Positions 10,158-19,143 of a DNA stretch of 64,000 nucleotides are shown here, one piece after another. Source of the stretch: a bacterium (lineage in GTDB: Bacteria > Patescibacteriota > Dojkabacteria > B142 > OLB20); NCBI GenBank assembly GCA_021463645.1, contig JAJTYI010000006.1:181692-245691 (forward strand), given 5' to 3'. The first letter of the stretch is position 1. Every line of letters begins with the position of its first letter. Under the pieces are notes generated by a model. The model did no database searches. It was not told where the DNA came from and saw only the letters and a program-made list of their open reading frames with translations. The translations under genes were made by a program, and so were the position numbers.

Positions 10158-10775
10158 CTAATTAATTTGGTTTTTGGGTTCTTTACTTGAAAAGAAAATA
10201 ATTACAAGGAAAGCTCCTACTAACACTACTAAGATACCAATAAGCAAAACAAATGGCAAGGAATTTGATTCATTGACCACTTCTTCCTCGATAATCGGTT
10301 CTGGTAGTTCCTCTAGGGTATTGATAGAGTATGATTCAAGAACAACTCCACTCTCATTTATCAAATCTCCGTTAATTGTAAGATATGCATGATCAGGATT
10401 CGCGGAGAAAACTGGTTCAATCCCGGGTTGTGTTTCCACTGTGACCTTTAATAGAACTTGATCAGTTTGTATCAAATCTTTTTTTGCAGCAATTTCTATA
10501 CAGATGTTCTGCTCAAAATAGGATTCGTTATTGTCACATACTGGGATATAACTAAGATTTATATCATCACTATAGGCAACGTCAATGATGTTACCCCCAT
10601 CAACTTTTACACGGAATTGTACAGCTGAGCTATCCTGAGTAGGTTCTGCAAGGATGTTGTAGACTTTAGTGTTATCTTGTTCGCTGACTAATTCTGCAGT
10701 TAATGCATTCACTCCAACAGTGAAGAACAATACCGAGAATAGAATTGAGAGACCTAGTGAAAAAATAAAACGCAT
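10158..10775 (-). CDS. Secreted, C-terminally membrane-anchored cohesin-like protein (paralog 2)
   Basis: Same architecture: signal peptide, AVQFRVKVDGGNIIDV...IPVCDNNES...ICIEIAA, and a C-terminal TM LPFVLLIGILVVLVGAFLVIIFF. Confidence 0.6.
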   Translation of the reverse strand: MRFIFSLGLSILFSVLFFTVGVNALTAELVSEQDNTKVYNILAEPTQDSSAVQFRVKVDGGNIIDVAYSDDINLSYIPVCDNNESYFEQNICIEIAAKKDLIQTDQVLLKVTVETQPGIEPVFSANPDHAYLTINGDLINESGVVLESYSINTLEELPEPIIEEEVVNESNSLPFVLLIGILVVLVGAFLVIIFFSSKEPKNQIN

Positions 10776-10821
10776 ATTAGATAGTTAAAATATATATAAA
10801 TCAGTATAAACAGAATATTTT

Positions 10822-10859
10822 ATAAAGAAAAGACCCTTCAAAAAGAAGGGTCTTTTTTA
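10822..10859 (-). terminator. Rho-independent (bidirectional-looking) terminator after the giant gene
   Basis: Stem AGACCCTTC / GAAGGGTCT with a 5-nt loop. It is flanked by an A-run on one side and a T-run on the other, so a U-tract follows the hairpin on either strand. Confidence 0.65.
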
Positions 10860-10876
10860 ATTCTATTTATCTTACT

Positions 10877-13800
10877 TTAAAGAGCACAAGAAGCTTTATT
10901 GTATCTTTGTGCGAAACTTTGGAAGTCAACTATGTCGACTTTTCCTAGTTTATCTACATCTTTTCCTCCACACTCTCCGTAGCTAATATGGTCAGCCTCT
11001 GTATCATCACAGAGTTTCTGGTAGTAGGAAGCAAAACCAACTTGGTATCCACCAAAATCGTATATGTTAAACCATCCATCTCCATTGACATCGGCTGGTC
11101 CACAAATGAATCCTACAACTACTGTGGGAGTAGGGGAAGCTTCGTCCGCCAACGTAGGGGTAGGAGAACTATCTATTTCCGGAGTAGGTGTTGGAGAACT
11201 TTCTACCTCAGGTGTTGGAGTTGGTGAACTCTCAACTTCTGGAGTTGGAGTAGGTGAACTTTCAACTTCTGGAGTAGGAGTAGGTGAATACTCGGGAGTT
11301 GGAGTAGGTGATTGTATAGGTGTTGGTGTGTTCGAACTTGTGACATCAGGGCCTGTTACCTTGAAGTCGGAGGTACAGGTGTTAATTTTTGTATTTGTAC
11401 CTGTCTGCACCTCTGCTGTATTTGTTATAACATCACCTTTTTTACCCTTAATCTTCATAACGTATGCGATTCTCTTAACTCCTTCAGGTACTTTACACTC
11501 TAGGTAGCTACCGGAAATCAAAGCTGGAGTATCACCTGGAGAGACATCCTCTTTGGTCATGAGGAAGTAGAAGCCTCCAATTAATAATACTACTCCTGCT
11601 ATTACTAATCCTCCAAGATATGGTTTTTCTTTTAGTGTTGAATTAGTAATACTATCTTTATTTTTATAAAGAATGTAATAAGTTACTCCACCAGATAGTA
11701 TTGAGAAGAGTATGAAACTAAACAGTACTGATCCGCGGGAAGTATATACATCGGATATCCCTAGAACTGCTGATTGAACTTCTTGTGTCTTGAGTTCACA
11801 ATATTTAGGTTTTGAAACTAGTTCCATCTTCTCACTTAAGTCGTCTCTTACAACTACAGTTCCGTCTGGTCCAGGTGCTAAATCGTTCAAGACGACCTTG
11901 TATTTGACTTGTTCACCAGTCCATAGTTTGCTTGGTAATTCCTGAACTTTTCTACATGTTAGTGCAGTAATGGTTAAAGGAGTAGGCGTTATTGATGGGC
12001 TAGGTGTAGTTGTTGGCTTCTGAATCACATTAAATGTGTATGCAGGACAATCTGTTGTTAAGCCACTACTTACAACTCTCGAGTTAACAGTAATTGGAGT
12101 GCCAATGGTGACATTATCCTTAACTTTCAAATTTAATATCAAAGCTCCGCCAGTTAAGTTACAGGTGTATTTATCGCCTGCTTCTGTCTTCGCGAAAGTG
12201 CAAGCAGGGTTAGGGTTAGCACCAATGTCCGTAGGTACTTCTAATTGGTTTGGAATGAAGAAGTGTAAGGTATGGAAAACTCCTTCGTTGAACGGAACTC
12301 GGGTATTTAGCATCGTTTGAACCTGAATTCTATTCCCAGGATAGGGGTCGTCATAGTTGCTATTAAGCTTAATATTTCTGCATTCAGCAGGTAAGTCTAA
12401 CCTATTCAAGTCACTAACAAATGTACTAGTTGATGCAGCTTCTTCTAGACTTGCTTCAGATCCATGGGTAATTGGTATTTGTAAGTCTTCTATACTGGAA
12501 GAGTTTGTTTGACTTCCACACTTTTCGAAAGGTGTGGTGGAGCTGGAGTTGAAATCGCAGAGATAATTTTCTATACTCCCTAGGAATCTTGTTAAATACG
12601 ACTCCTTTATCTTTTTCCCGTTGCTTGTCTCAAAAACATATGAGTCCATACCAAGATAATTATCCATAGAGGATTCTCTATTATTTTCTTTCCATGCTGA
12701 GCAAGAATTTGTTCCAGTTTCTACTGGATATGTTATACACTCTCTTGAGAAAAACTTGTATTGTGATACTGTATCGGTAACTCTAGTTAAGGTTCTGTAT
12801 TTACCGTCTCTGAAGTATGTTGTGTTTTCTATAGATTGGGCAATAATATTTGGTGGTCCAAATTTGCTAGTTTCTGTGGATGTCCATTCTGTACAATTGG
12901 CAACATCTTGATTATCTAAAATGTCACAACTCCTTGTATAAACTGTTTTCCCATCTTGTGAAAGAGCCGTGTAGTACAAGATATTCTTTGTTAAGGTGTC
13001 GTTTTCATATCTACCAATTCTATGATCAATATCTAGTGATCGTAATTTTGATGTAACTAGATCAGCATTCACAATATTTAAGGATTTTACTGAATGTTTT
13101 GTCCAAACTTCATCTTGGTAAGTGAAGTTGTTACACTTGGTGAAATCGACTCCTTCTGCTTTGCTCTTGTCCATATTACAGCTTCTGTAGAAGAAGTTTT
13201 CCCCTGCGGCATCGAGTACAACTTGTGAAAGGTTGTCACCTTGTGGCAAATCAACAACTGGTGGTGGAGGGAGAATTGGTAGCGGTAAATCTATAACATT
13301 ACTCTTTTTAATAAGAACATCACTTTGATATACCTTCAACATGTATCGTTTGGGTTTAATCCCATCCCATTGACGTATATCAACATGTGTAGATACATCA
13401 GTTTCCTTTTTGTAATTATTTTCAAGAAGGTTATCTGGTTGACATTTTTCTCCATCACACCCCCACACTTCGTATTTTATGTTAAGCTCATTAATGTATT
13501 CCCAGTTTAGCTCTACTTTATTATCTGTAAGTACTCTTGCGGTGATAGGCGTTCTAACAACATTCAAACCTTGTGGCTCAACTGTATTATATTCTAGGTA
13601 ACCATTACATTGTAAGCCTTCTGACCAGCTGTAACCACCCCTATTAGAATTGCATCCTAGTTCAGAATCCCATGTTCCAGTTGACCATGTATGGTGTGCT
13701 TCTGTTTGGAATGTTTTGGCATCAATAACTAGTTTGTCTATATATAAGTTTCTATCTCCTTCATCATTAGTAAATTTAACTCGAATTTTACCATTTACTA

Positions 13801-15916
13801 AATCCAAACCCGCTGTTGAAAACCCATAATTTGCATATGTGCCGGTTACAGTCTTTTTATCAATTAATATTTTCTGTTCGACACCATTTAATGAATATAC
13901 TACAGACATTTGAGGGAAGCTTAGTTTACCAGCATCTTGTGTACCTTTTGCGACTACGTAGGCATTATTTCCAATCGATGGTTGAGTTGATGGCGTAATA
14001 TTTTGAGCTAGTACCTCAGCCTGAATATTATCGTAATAATAACCCAGATTGTATGTGTAATTCATTTCAGGCTTAAGAACTATTCTAAATCTAGTCGTAT
14101 TTATATCTGTTGATGCAGGAATCTTAAGATCGAAGGTGTATGTCTTCCAACTTCCTGTCAATGCTGTCTTCGGAATTGGGATTTGTTGTAACCATCCCGA
14201 CCCGTCAGGGTGTTCTCTTTGTATGAATAGGCCCTCTAATGATGGTGGTGGCTGATGAACACTGCTTACACTATGTGCTTTCGCATTAAATTTTACTCGT
14301 ATTGTTCGCCCACTTAAGTTTTGTCCTGTTGCTATCCAGTGTGTGGAAAAATCAGCTTTTGTTTTGTCACCATCTAGTTTCCTTGCTAGGGTAATGTATT
14401 GTTTTCCATCAGAGCAAGGACCCCATTGGTCGCAATTATGCACTTGCGTTGCTGATGTGTCTATTCCTGTTCCATAAAACCAGCTCTTGTAGTCCCCCCA
14501 CTCAAAAGAAGAGTTTAGTATAAAAGGTATAAAGTTAGGAGAACAATCTCCTCCAGGACAGTCATTTGGACCACCGTAAAAACCCATATCGGATCTAGTA
14601 CCGTCAGAATCTTTCAGGTTGGGATCTCCGGCATTTATCCCGGGAGATCCTGGTTGTAGATGAAAATCCGATTCACTGACAAACTTAGGATCATCGTGCA
14701 GAGAGTTACAGAACTCCCATTTCCCGCACTTGGTACCTTCACCGGCATTTGCGAAAGTAATGTTAAAAGCTATTGAATCATAATTATTATAGTCGTCGGT
14801 AAAAGTATCATTATACCACCGACCTCTCATTATGCCGAAACCGTCGTAACGAGAATCGTCCGATTTTTTTGTGTGGGTAATAATGTTGTTAAGAATAATA
14901 GGGTAAGTGCCATAAGAGTAATCTAAAACATGTATTCCTGCCCCCTTATTCCCAACAAGAATATTATTCCTAACGATAGAAGTAGATGAGGAGAGAAGAT
15001 AAATGCCCTCTTCATTATTATTATTAATACGATTATTCTGAATTCTAGTCTTATCCATATAACCCACCACCACTCCTGCTCTGCCATTTCGTTCAACGAT
15101 ATTATTGGTAATTATACTTTCTGATCTATTACTCGAAACGATACCATCTCCAATATTTTCGACTATATTATTATTGGAAATAACAACACTGGAGGAACTA
15201 GTTGTATGAATGGCGGTATTAGGAGAGACGTTCTGTAATTGAAGACCATTTTGAATTAGTTGGTTATCAGAAATAGTGCCCTTAGATTCAATAAATGTAA
15301 TTCCATCTCCACCGTTCTGAGAGATTGTACTATTAATAATGTTTACTGTAGCCTTATACGCTATTATAGCATCACTACCGCAAGGGTCATTCTTCCCCGT
15401 ACACCATGTCCAATGCATCCCTGTAATTTTTATATTTTCTATAGTAGTAGTCCCTTCGTAGATTGATATGCCATTTCTGCCAACAGTTTTATCAGTAGAT
15501 CCGTCTAGAACAACAACTCCCTCACCTTTAAGTTTAAGGTTTCTTCCAGATTTTCCAGGAATATATAGAAATGCTCCGGAGAAACGATCAGGGTTGTCCT
15601 CGTTATACGTGTATGAGGTATAACCTGTTCTGGTATAAGTACCTGCTTTCAGTAACACAGTATCTCCACTCTTGGCTGCATCCACCGCTTGTTGGATTCC
15701 GTCACCACCCAAATATTGACAGCCATTTTGTCCTACTGTCCCAGTGGCACATACTGTAAGGGTATTCCCAGTGCCAGTTTGTGCAGATGCATCTTCGTGT
15801 TCTGTCCTCTCAGACAAATACCGAGCCAAAACGAGTGTGAAAACCATAAACAAAAACAGGAACAAGACTAGCAATATGGTTACTATTTGCCTTCTTTGGA
15901 GATTTGTCTTAAGCAC
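10877..15916 (-). CDS. Giant surface protein: signal anchor, parallel beta-helix repeats, CBM-like modules, DUF11-like domains, two internal TM helices, PT-rich linker and a C-terminal dockerin-like module
   Basis: PbH1-like repeats (NNIVENIGDGIVSS, NNIVERNGRAGVVVG, NNRINNNNEEGIYLL, NNILVGNKGAGIHVL). CBM-like segment KIRVKFTNDEGDRNLYIDKLVID. SSPTPTPEVE x4 linker. C-terminal DVNGDGWFNIYDF ... DVDKLGKVDIVDF. Start set at GTG 15916 (VLKTNLQRRQIVTILLVLFLFLFMVF signal anchor). The longer ORF to 16117 would overlap gltX. Confidence 0.8.
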   Translation of the reverse strand: MLKTNLQRRQIVTILLVLFLFLFMVFTLVLARYLSERTEHEDASAQTGTGNTLTVCATGTVGQNGCQYLGGDGIQQAVDAAKSGDTVLLKAGTYTRTGYTSYTYNEDNPDRFSGAFLYIPGKSGRNLKLKGEGVVVLDGSTDKTVGRNGISIYEGTTTIENIKITGMHWTWCTGKNDPCGSDAIIAYKATVNIINSTISQNGGDGITFIESKGTISDNQLIQNGLQLQNVSPNTAIHTTSSSSVVISNNNIVENIGDGIVSSNRSESIITNNIVERNGRAGVVVGYMDKTRIQNNRINNNNEEGIYLLSSSTSIVRNNILVGNKGAGIHVLDYSYGTYPIILNNIITHTKKSDDSRYDGFGIMRGRWYNDTFTDDYNNYDSIAFNITFANAGEGTKCGKWEFCNSLHDDPKFVSESDFHLQPGSPGINAGDPNLKDSDGTRSDMGFYGGPNDCPGGDCSPNFIPFILNSSFEWGDYKSWFYGTGIDTSATQVHNCDQWGPCSDGKQYITLARKLDGDKTKADFSTHWIATGQNLSGRTIRVKFNAKAHSVSSVHQPPPSLEGLFIQREHPDGSGWLQQIPIPKTALTGSWKTYTFDLKIPASTDINTTRFRIVLKPEMNYTYNLGYYYDNIQAEVLAQNITPSTQPSIGNNAYVVAKGTQDAGKLSFPQMSVVYSLNGVEQKILIDKKTVTGTYANYGFSTAGLDLVNGKIRVKFTNDEGDRNLYIDKLVIDAKTFQTEAHHTWSTGTWDSELGCNSNRGGYSWSEGLQCNGYLEYNTVEPQGLNVVRTPITARVLTDNKVELNWEYINELNIKYEVWGCDGEKCQPDNLLENNYKKETDVSTHVDIRQWDGIKPKRYMLKVYQSDVLIKKSNVIDLPLPILPPPPVVDLPQGDNLSQVVLDAAGENFFYRSCNMDKSKAEGVDFTKCNNFTYQDEVWTKHSVKSLNIVNADLVTSKLRSLDIDHRIGRYENDTLTKNILYYTALSQDGKTVYTRSCDILDNQDVANCTEWTSTETSKFGPPNIIAQSIENTTYFRDGKYRTLTRVTDTVSQYKFFSRECITYPVETGTNSCSAWKENNRESSMDNYLGMDSYVFETSNGKKIKESYLTRFLGSIENYLCDFNSSSTTPFEKCGSQTNSSSIEDLQIPITHGSEASLEEAASTSTFVSDLNRLDLPAECRNIKLNSNYDDPYPGNRIQVQTMLNTRVPFNEGVFHTLHFFIPNQLEVPTDIGANPNPACTFAKTEAGDKYTCNLTGGALILNLKVKDNVTIGTPITVNSRVVSSGLTTDCPAYTFNVIQKPTTTPSPSITPTPLTITALTCRKVQELPSKLWTGEQVKYKVVLNDLAPGPDGTVVVRDDLSEKMELVSKPKYCELKTQEVQSAVLGISDVYTSRGSVLFSFILFSILSGGVTYYILYKNKDSITNSTLKEKPYLGGLVIAGVVLLIGGFYFLMTKEDVSPGDTPALISGSYLECKVPEGVKRIAYVMKIKGKKGDVITNTAEVQTGTNTKINTCTSDFKVTGPDVTSSNTPTPIQSPTPTPEYSPTPTPEVESSPTPTPEVESSPTPTPEVESSPTPTPEIDSSPTPTLADEASPTPTVVVGFICGPADVNGDGWFNIYDFGGYQVGFASYYQKLCDDTEADHISYGECGGKDVDKLGKVDIVDFQSFAQRYNKASCAL
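11151..11300 (-). repeat. 30-bp tandem repeat encoding the SSPTPTPEVE linker (about 4-5 copies)
   Basis: Successive 30-nt units are visible on the plus strand: ggagtaggtgttggagaactttctacctca / ggtgttggagttggtgaactctcaacttct / ggagttggagtaggtgaactttcaacttct. Confidence 0.85.
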
Positions 15917-16064
15917 TTTAAAAAAATCTAATATGTAGAGATACCTATAAATTAGAGTATTTAGAGAGCAATGTAAAGTATTTGAAAAAATTTCACAGAA
16001 ATCTCTGATAAGTTTATTAAAATCCCTGAATGAATTATAATTACAGCATATTGAAAGATTAAAC

Positions 16065-17537
16065 ATGGTAATAACTAGAATCGCACCAAGTCCTACTGGA
16101 AGTTTGCATATTGGCACACTAAGAACTGCATTGTTTAGCTATGCTTGGGCAAAAAAAAATAAAGGGAAATTCTTATTAAGAATTGAAGATACTGATCAAT
16201 CACGACTTGTTCCAGGGACAGAAGAAGAAATCGAAGAAATGCTAAAAATCTACGGCCTTGATTACGATGAGAAATCTAAACAAACCGAAAGAAAAGATAT
16301 TTATAAGAAATATGCAGAAGAATTAATACAGTTAGGACAGGCTTATTATTGTTTTGCATCAAAAGAAGAAATCCAAGAAGCTCGTGAAATAGCAGAAAGA
16401 TCCGGAGAACAGTTTAGATTTAGATCGCCTTATAGAGATTTTGATCTTGATAAAGCAAAGGAAAAGATAGAGTCTGGAGAGCCGTTTGTAATTCGTTTAA
16501 AAGTTGCGGAGGGCGAAGAATTTGAATTTGAAGATTTATTACAAGGGAAAATGCATTTCAAGAGCGAAGAAGTGGATGATACTGTCTTGCTTAAATCTGA
16601 TGGTTTACCCACATATCATTTAGCAGTTGTTATTGATGATCATTTGATGGGGATTACACATGTCATGCGGGGGGTTGATTGGGTGCCAAGTATCCCTAAA
16701 CACGTGTTGATTCACAGAGCTTTTAACTGGGAAATGCCAAAATATCTTCATTTGCCTCTCGTTCTTGATCCAGAAGGAGGGAAGCTCTCAAAACGCAAAG
16801 GAACTGTGGCTGCAAAAGATTTCCTAATACAAGGTTATTTGCCTGAGGCGATATTGAATTTCTTGATGTTATTAGGTTGGTCATCACCTATTAAACATGA
16901 GTTTGGAGAGAAAGAAAGGGAGATATTTAGTTTGGAGGAGTTTATAGAATTATTTGAATTGAAGGACTTGAATAAAAGCAGTGCAGTTTTCAATCGAGAA
17001 AAACTGCTTTGGTTTAGTCACCAGTACATGATGAACTTTAGTATCGATGAACTTCATAAAAGGTACGGTGAATGGCATGCAAAATATAGCGAGGAAAAAC
17101 AACTCAGACTTAAAATTGCTGAGAAAGGGGATAAATATTTGAAAGAAGTTTTAGAATTGGTACACGATAGAGTCAGGTTGTTGAGTGAAATAGACGAATT
17201 AATAAGAATCTTCTATTTTGAACCAGAGAAAATAAAGTTTAACGAATTTAAACAAATTAAGAATTTAAGTGATGAGCAGGTTTCGGTAATTTTGAAATCT
17301 GTGGTTAATGAATTAGAGAAAAAATCAGAAAATTTGGACGACTGGCCTCATGAAAAGTGGGAAGAATTTATGAGGAATCTTGCAGAAGAAAATGGGCTTG
17401 GTGCGGGAAAAGTCTTTATGACATTAAGATTGGCGATTACCAGTTCACCTGCAACTCCACCGTTATACGAAATTATGACAATTCTTGGTAAATCTGAAAT
17501 ATTGACCAGACTCTCGAAGTATGTAGATAATATCTAA
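16065..17537 (+). CDS. gltX: Glutamate--tRNA ligase
   Basis: RIAPSPTGSLHIGTLRTALF (HIGH), LLRIEDTD, KLSKRKG (KMSKS). Confidence 0.93.
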   Translation: MVITRIAPSPTGSLHIGTLRTALFSYAWAKKNKGKFLLRIEDTDQSRLVPGTEEEIEEMLKIYGLDYDEKSKQTERKDIYKKYAEELIQLGQAYYCFASKEEIQEAREIAERSGEQFRFRSPYRDFDLDKAKEKIESGEPFVIRLKVAEGEEFEFEDLLQGKMHFKSEEVDDTVLLKSDGLPTYHLAVVIDDHLMGITHVMRGVDWVPSIPKHVLIHRAFNWEMPKYLHLPLVLDPEGGKLSKRKGTVAAKDFLIQGYLPEAILNFLMLLGWSSPIKHEFGEKEREIFSLEEFIELFELKDLNKSSAVFNREKLLWFSHQYMMNFSIDELHKRYGEWHAKYSEEKQLRLKIAEKGDKYLKEVLELVHDRVRLLSEIDELIRIFYFEPEKIKFNEFKQIKNLSDEQVSVILKSVVNELEKKSENLDDWPHEKWEEFMRNLAEENGLGAGKVFMTLRLAITSSPATPPLYEIMTILGKSEILTRLSKYVDNI

Positions 17538-17554
17538 TAATACATCTTCCTTTA

Positions 17555-19072
17555 ATGATAAAACTGCTAAAACTCCTGATATTTATCAATATTTTGGTTT
17601 TGTCTTCGATATTTACTAATCAAGATGCAAATGCATTGAGCTATGATCTCAAAATGGAATTTGAGGTTAACCTGCAAGAGAGCAATGCTGCAGGTGTGAC
17701 TCAGAAGGTGAAAATCAGAAACAACTCCGCTGATTTTCTTTCTACTTCAATGAGTTTGGATTTCCCTTTTTCTACTGTAGATTCCTTGAAAGTGGTATCT
17801 GAAGGAACACCTCTCCCGGCATCAATTGAAAACGGAAGATTATGGGTTGAGTTCGAAGACCAAGCGCTTGAATATGGAGAAAACAAAGAAATTGATATAT
17901 CCTACCAGATTGTAAATTTTGTTAAACCTTATGGAGACATCAGAGGGATTGTTTGGCCTAATTTTACAATAGAAGATCAAGAGGCTATTTATCCCTTAAA
18001 AATAAGCTATCCAGTAAGTTGGGATGATATTTACTACAGTTCCGAAGGTGTTGACATGAATGTAGTATTCGATACAAAGCGTGCAGTAGCGTTTAATGAC
18101 GTAAAAAGACCTGTAGGAATTTACTTCGGGAACTACACATTGAAACAATTTAATATACAACTTGATAAATCAAGATTGCTAAAGGGAGAAACATCGATTA
18201 GGGTTCCTTTAAATAGTGATTTTTATATTACTGGAATTAAAGAATCCACTTCGATTAATCGAGATAATAACACTTCGTCTGTGACAATTGATATTGAAAA
18301 ATATCTTGGGGAAATCCCGATGGGTATAATTTCTACTCAGGAAAATAATTTTGATGAAAATATTTCACCAAGCACATTCTCGAAAGGAATTGAAAAAATT
18401 GATGGGATAGAAAGTGATGACCCTTCTAAACTTTATAAAGTTCTTTCGGCAAAACTCAAACCACGTATAGAAATAACAGAGTGGAGCAGAAATAATATCT
18501 CTGAGATTCTTGAGGCAGATAAGCAATCGGATGTAGATTATGCTACTGTTTTTTCTGAAGTGTTCAAATCAAAAAAAATCCCTTCTCAAATATTGTATGG
18601 AATTGTACTTTTTCCGGATGGTAACTACCACTGGCATTTTTGGGTTTCTTATCTTGATAAAAATGATCAGAAAAGTGAGTGGAAACAAATTGATCCATAT
18701 ATGGATGCAATAAGTGGTTATGAAAGTTTCGACAGAATTACTCCTGTTCGAATCGTATGGGGTCAGCTAAACGAAAATAGTGATTTGTCAGATATTAATT
18801 TGGATCTCTTTCTAATTACCCCTGAAAATTTCCAATTAAGAAACTTTACGAATCCATCTGCTCAATCAGGCTATATAACTAGCCAATTGAATGAAAGGGG
18901 ACATGCTGGAGAAGTTTCAGTACTTGGTGAGTCTACAAACAACCTAAGCATTGATAACAACTTGAAATATAGTGTTTTATACGTTCTTACGGGGATAGGA
19001 TTGCTTTTTATCTCCGCATTAATCTTCAAGAGAGAATATCAACTTAATTTGAAAATAAAATCAAACAGTTAA
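17555..19072 (+). CDS. Secreted membrane-anchored protein with a transglutaminase-like core lacking the Cys nucleophile
   Basis: Signal peptide and C-terminal TM. DVDYATVFSEVFKSKKIPSQILYG...HWHFWVSYLD...WKQIDPY resembles the TGase core (G-x-C...H...D) with Tyr at the Cys position. Confidence 0.5.
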   Translation: MIKLLKLLIFINILVLSSIFTNQDANALSYDLKMEFEVNLQESNAAGVTQKVKIRNNSADFLSTSMSLDFPFSTVDSLKVVSEGTPLPASIENGRLWVEFEDQALEYGENKEIDISYQIVNFVKPYGDIRGIVWPNFTIEDQEAIYPLKISYPVSWDDIYYSSEGVDMNVVFDTKRAVAFNDVKRPVGIYFGNYTLKQFNIQLDKSRLLKGETSIRVPLNSDFYITGIKESTSINRDNNTSSVTIDIEKYLGEIPMGIISTQENNFDENISPSTFSKGIEKIDGIESDDPSKLYKVLSAKLKPRIEITEWSRNNISEILEADKQSDVDYATVFSEVFKSKKIPSQILYGIVLFPDGNYHWHFWVSYLDKNDQKSEWKQIDPYMDAISGYESFDRITPVRIVWGQLNENSDLSDINLDLFLITPENFQLRNFTNPSAQSGYITSQLNERGHAGEVSVLGESTNNLSIDNNLKYSVLYVLTGIGLLFISALIFKREYQLNLKIKSNS

Positions 19073-19143
19073 ATTCTCACTTTGACAGCGCTCTTGAAAT
19101 TTCCGATAATAAGCTAGAATTCAATTTTACATAATCTGTCCAC

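Noticed and set aside
11064-11507. 147-aa plus-strand ORF with GVGVGELSTS repeats
   Set aside because: It is the antisense reading of the SSPTPTPEVE linker repeat of the giant minus-strand gene. The periodicity is inherited, not evidence of coding.
15917-16117. N-terminal 67-codon extension of the giant ORF (ATG at 16117)
   Set aside because: It would overlap the gltX start by 53 nt on the opposite strand and would encode Cys/Asn/Phe-rich AT-driven sequence ahead of the obvious RR-plus-hydrophobic signal anchor. A GTG at 15916 gives a normal signal anchor and leaves a divergent promoter region.
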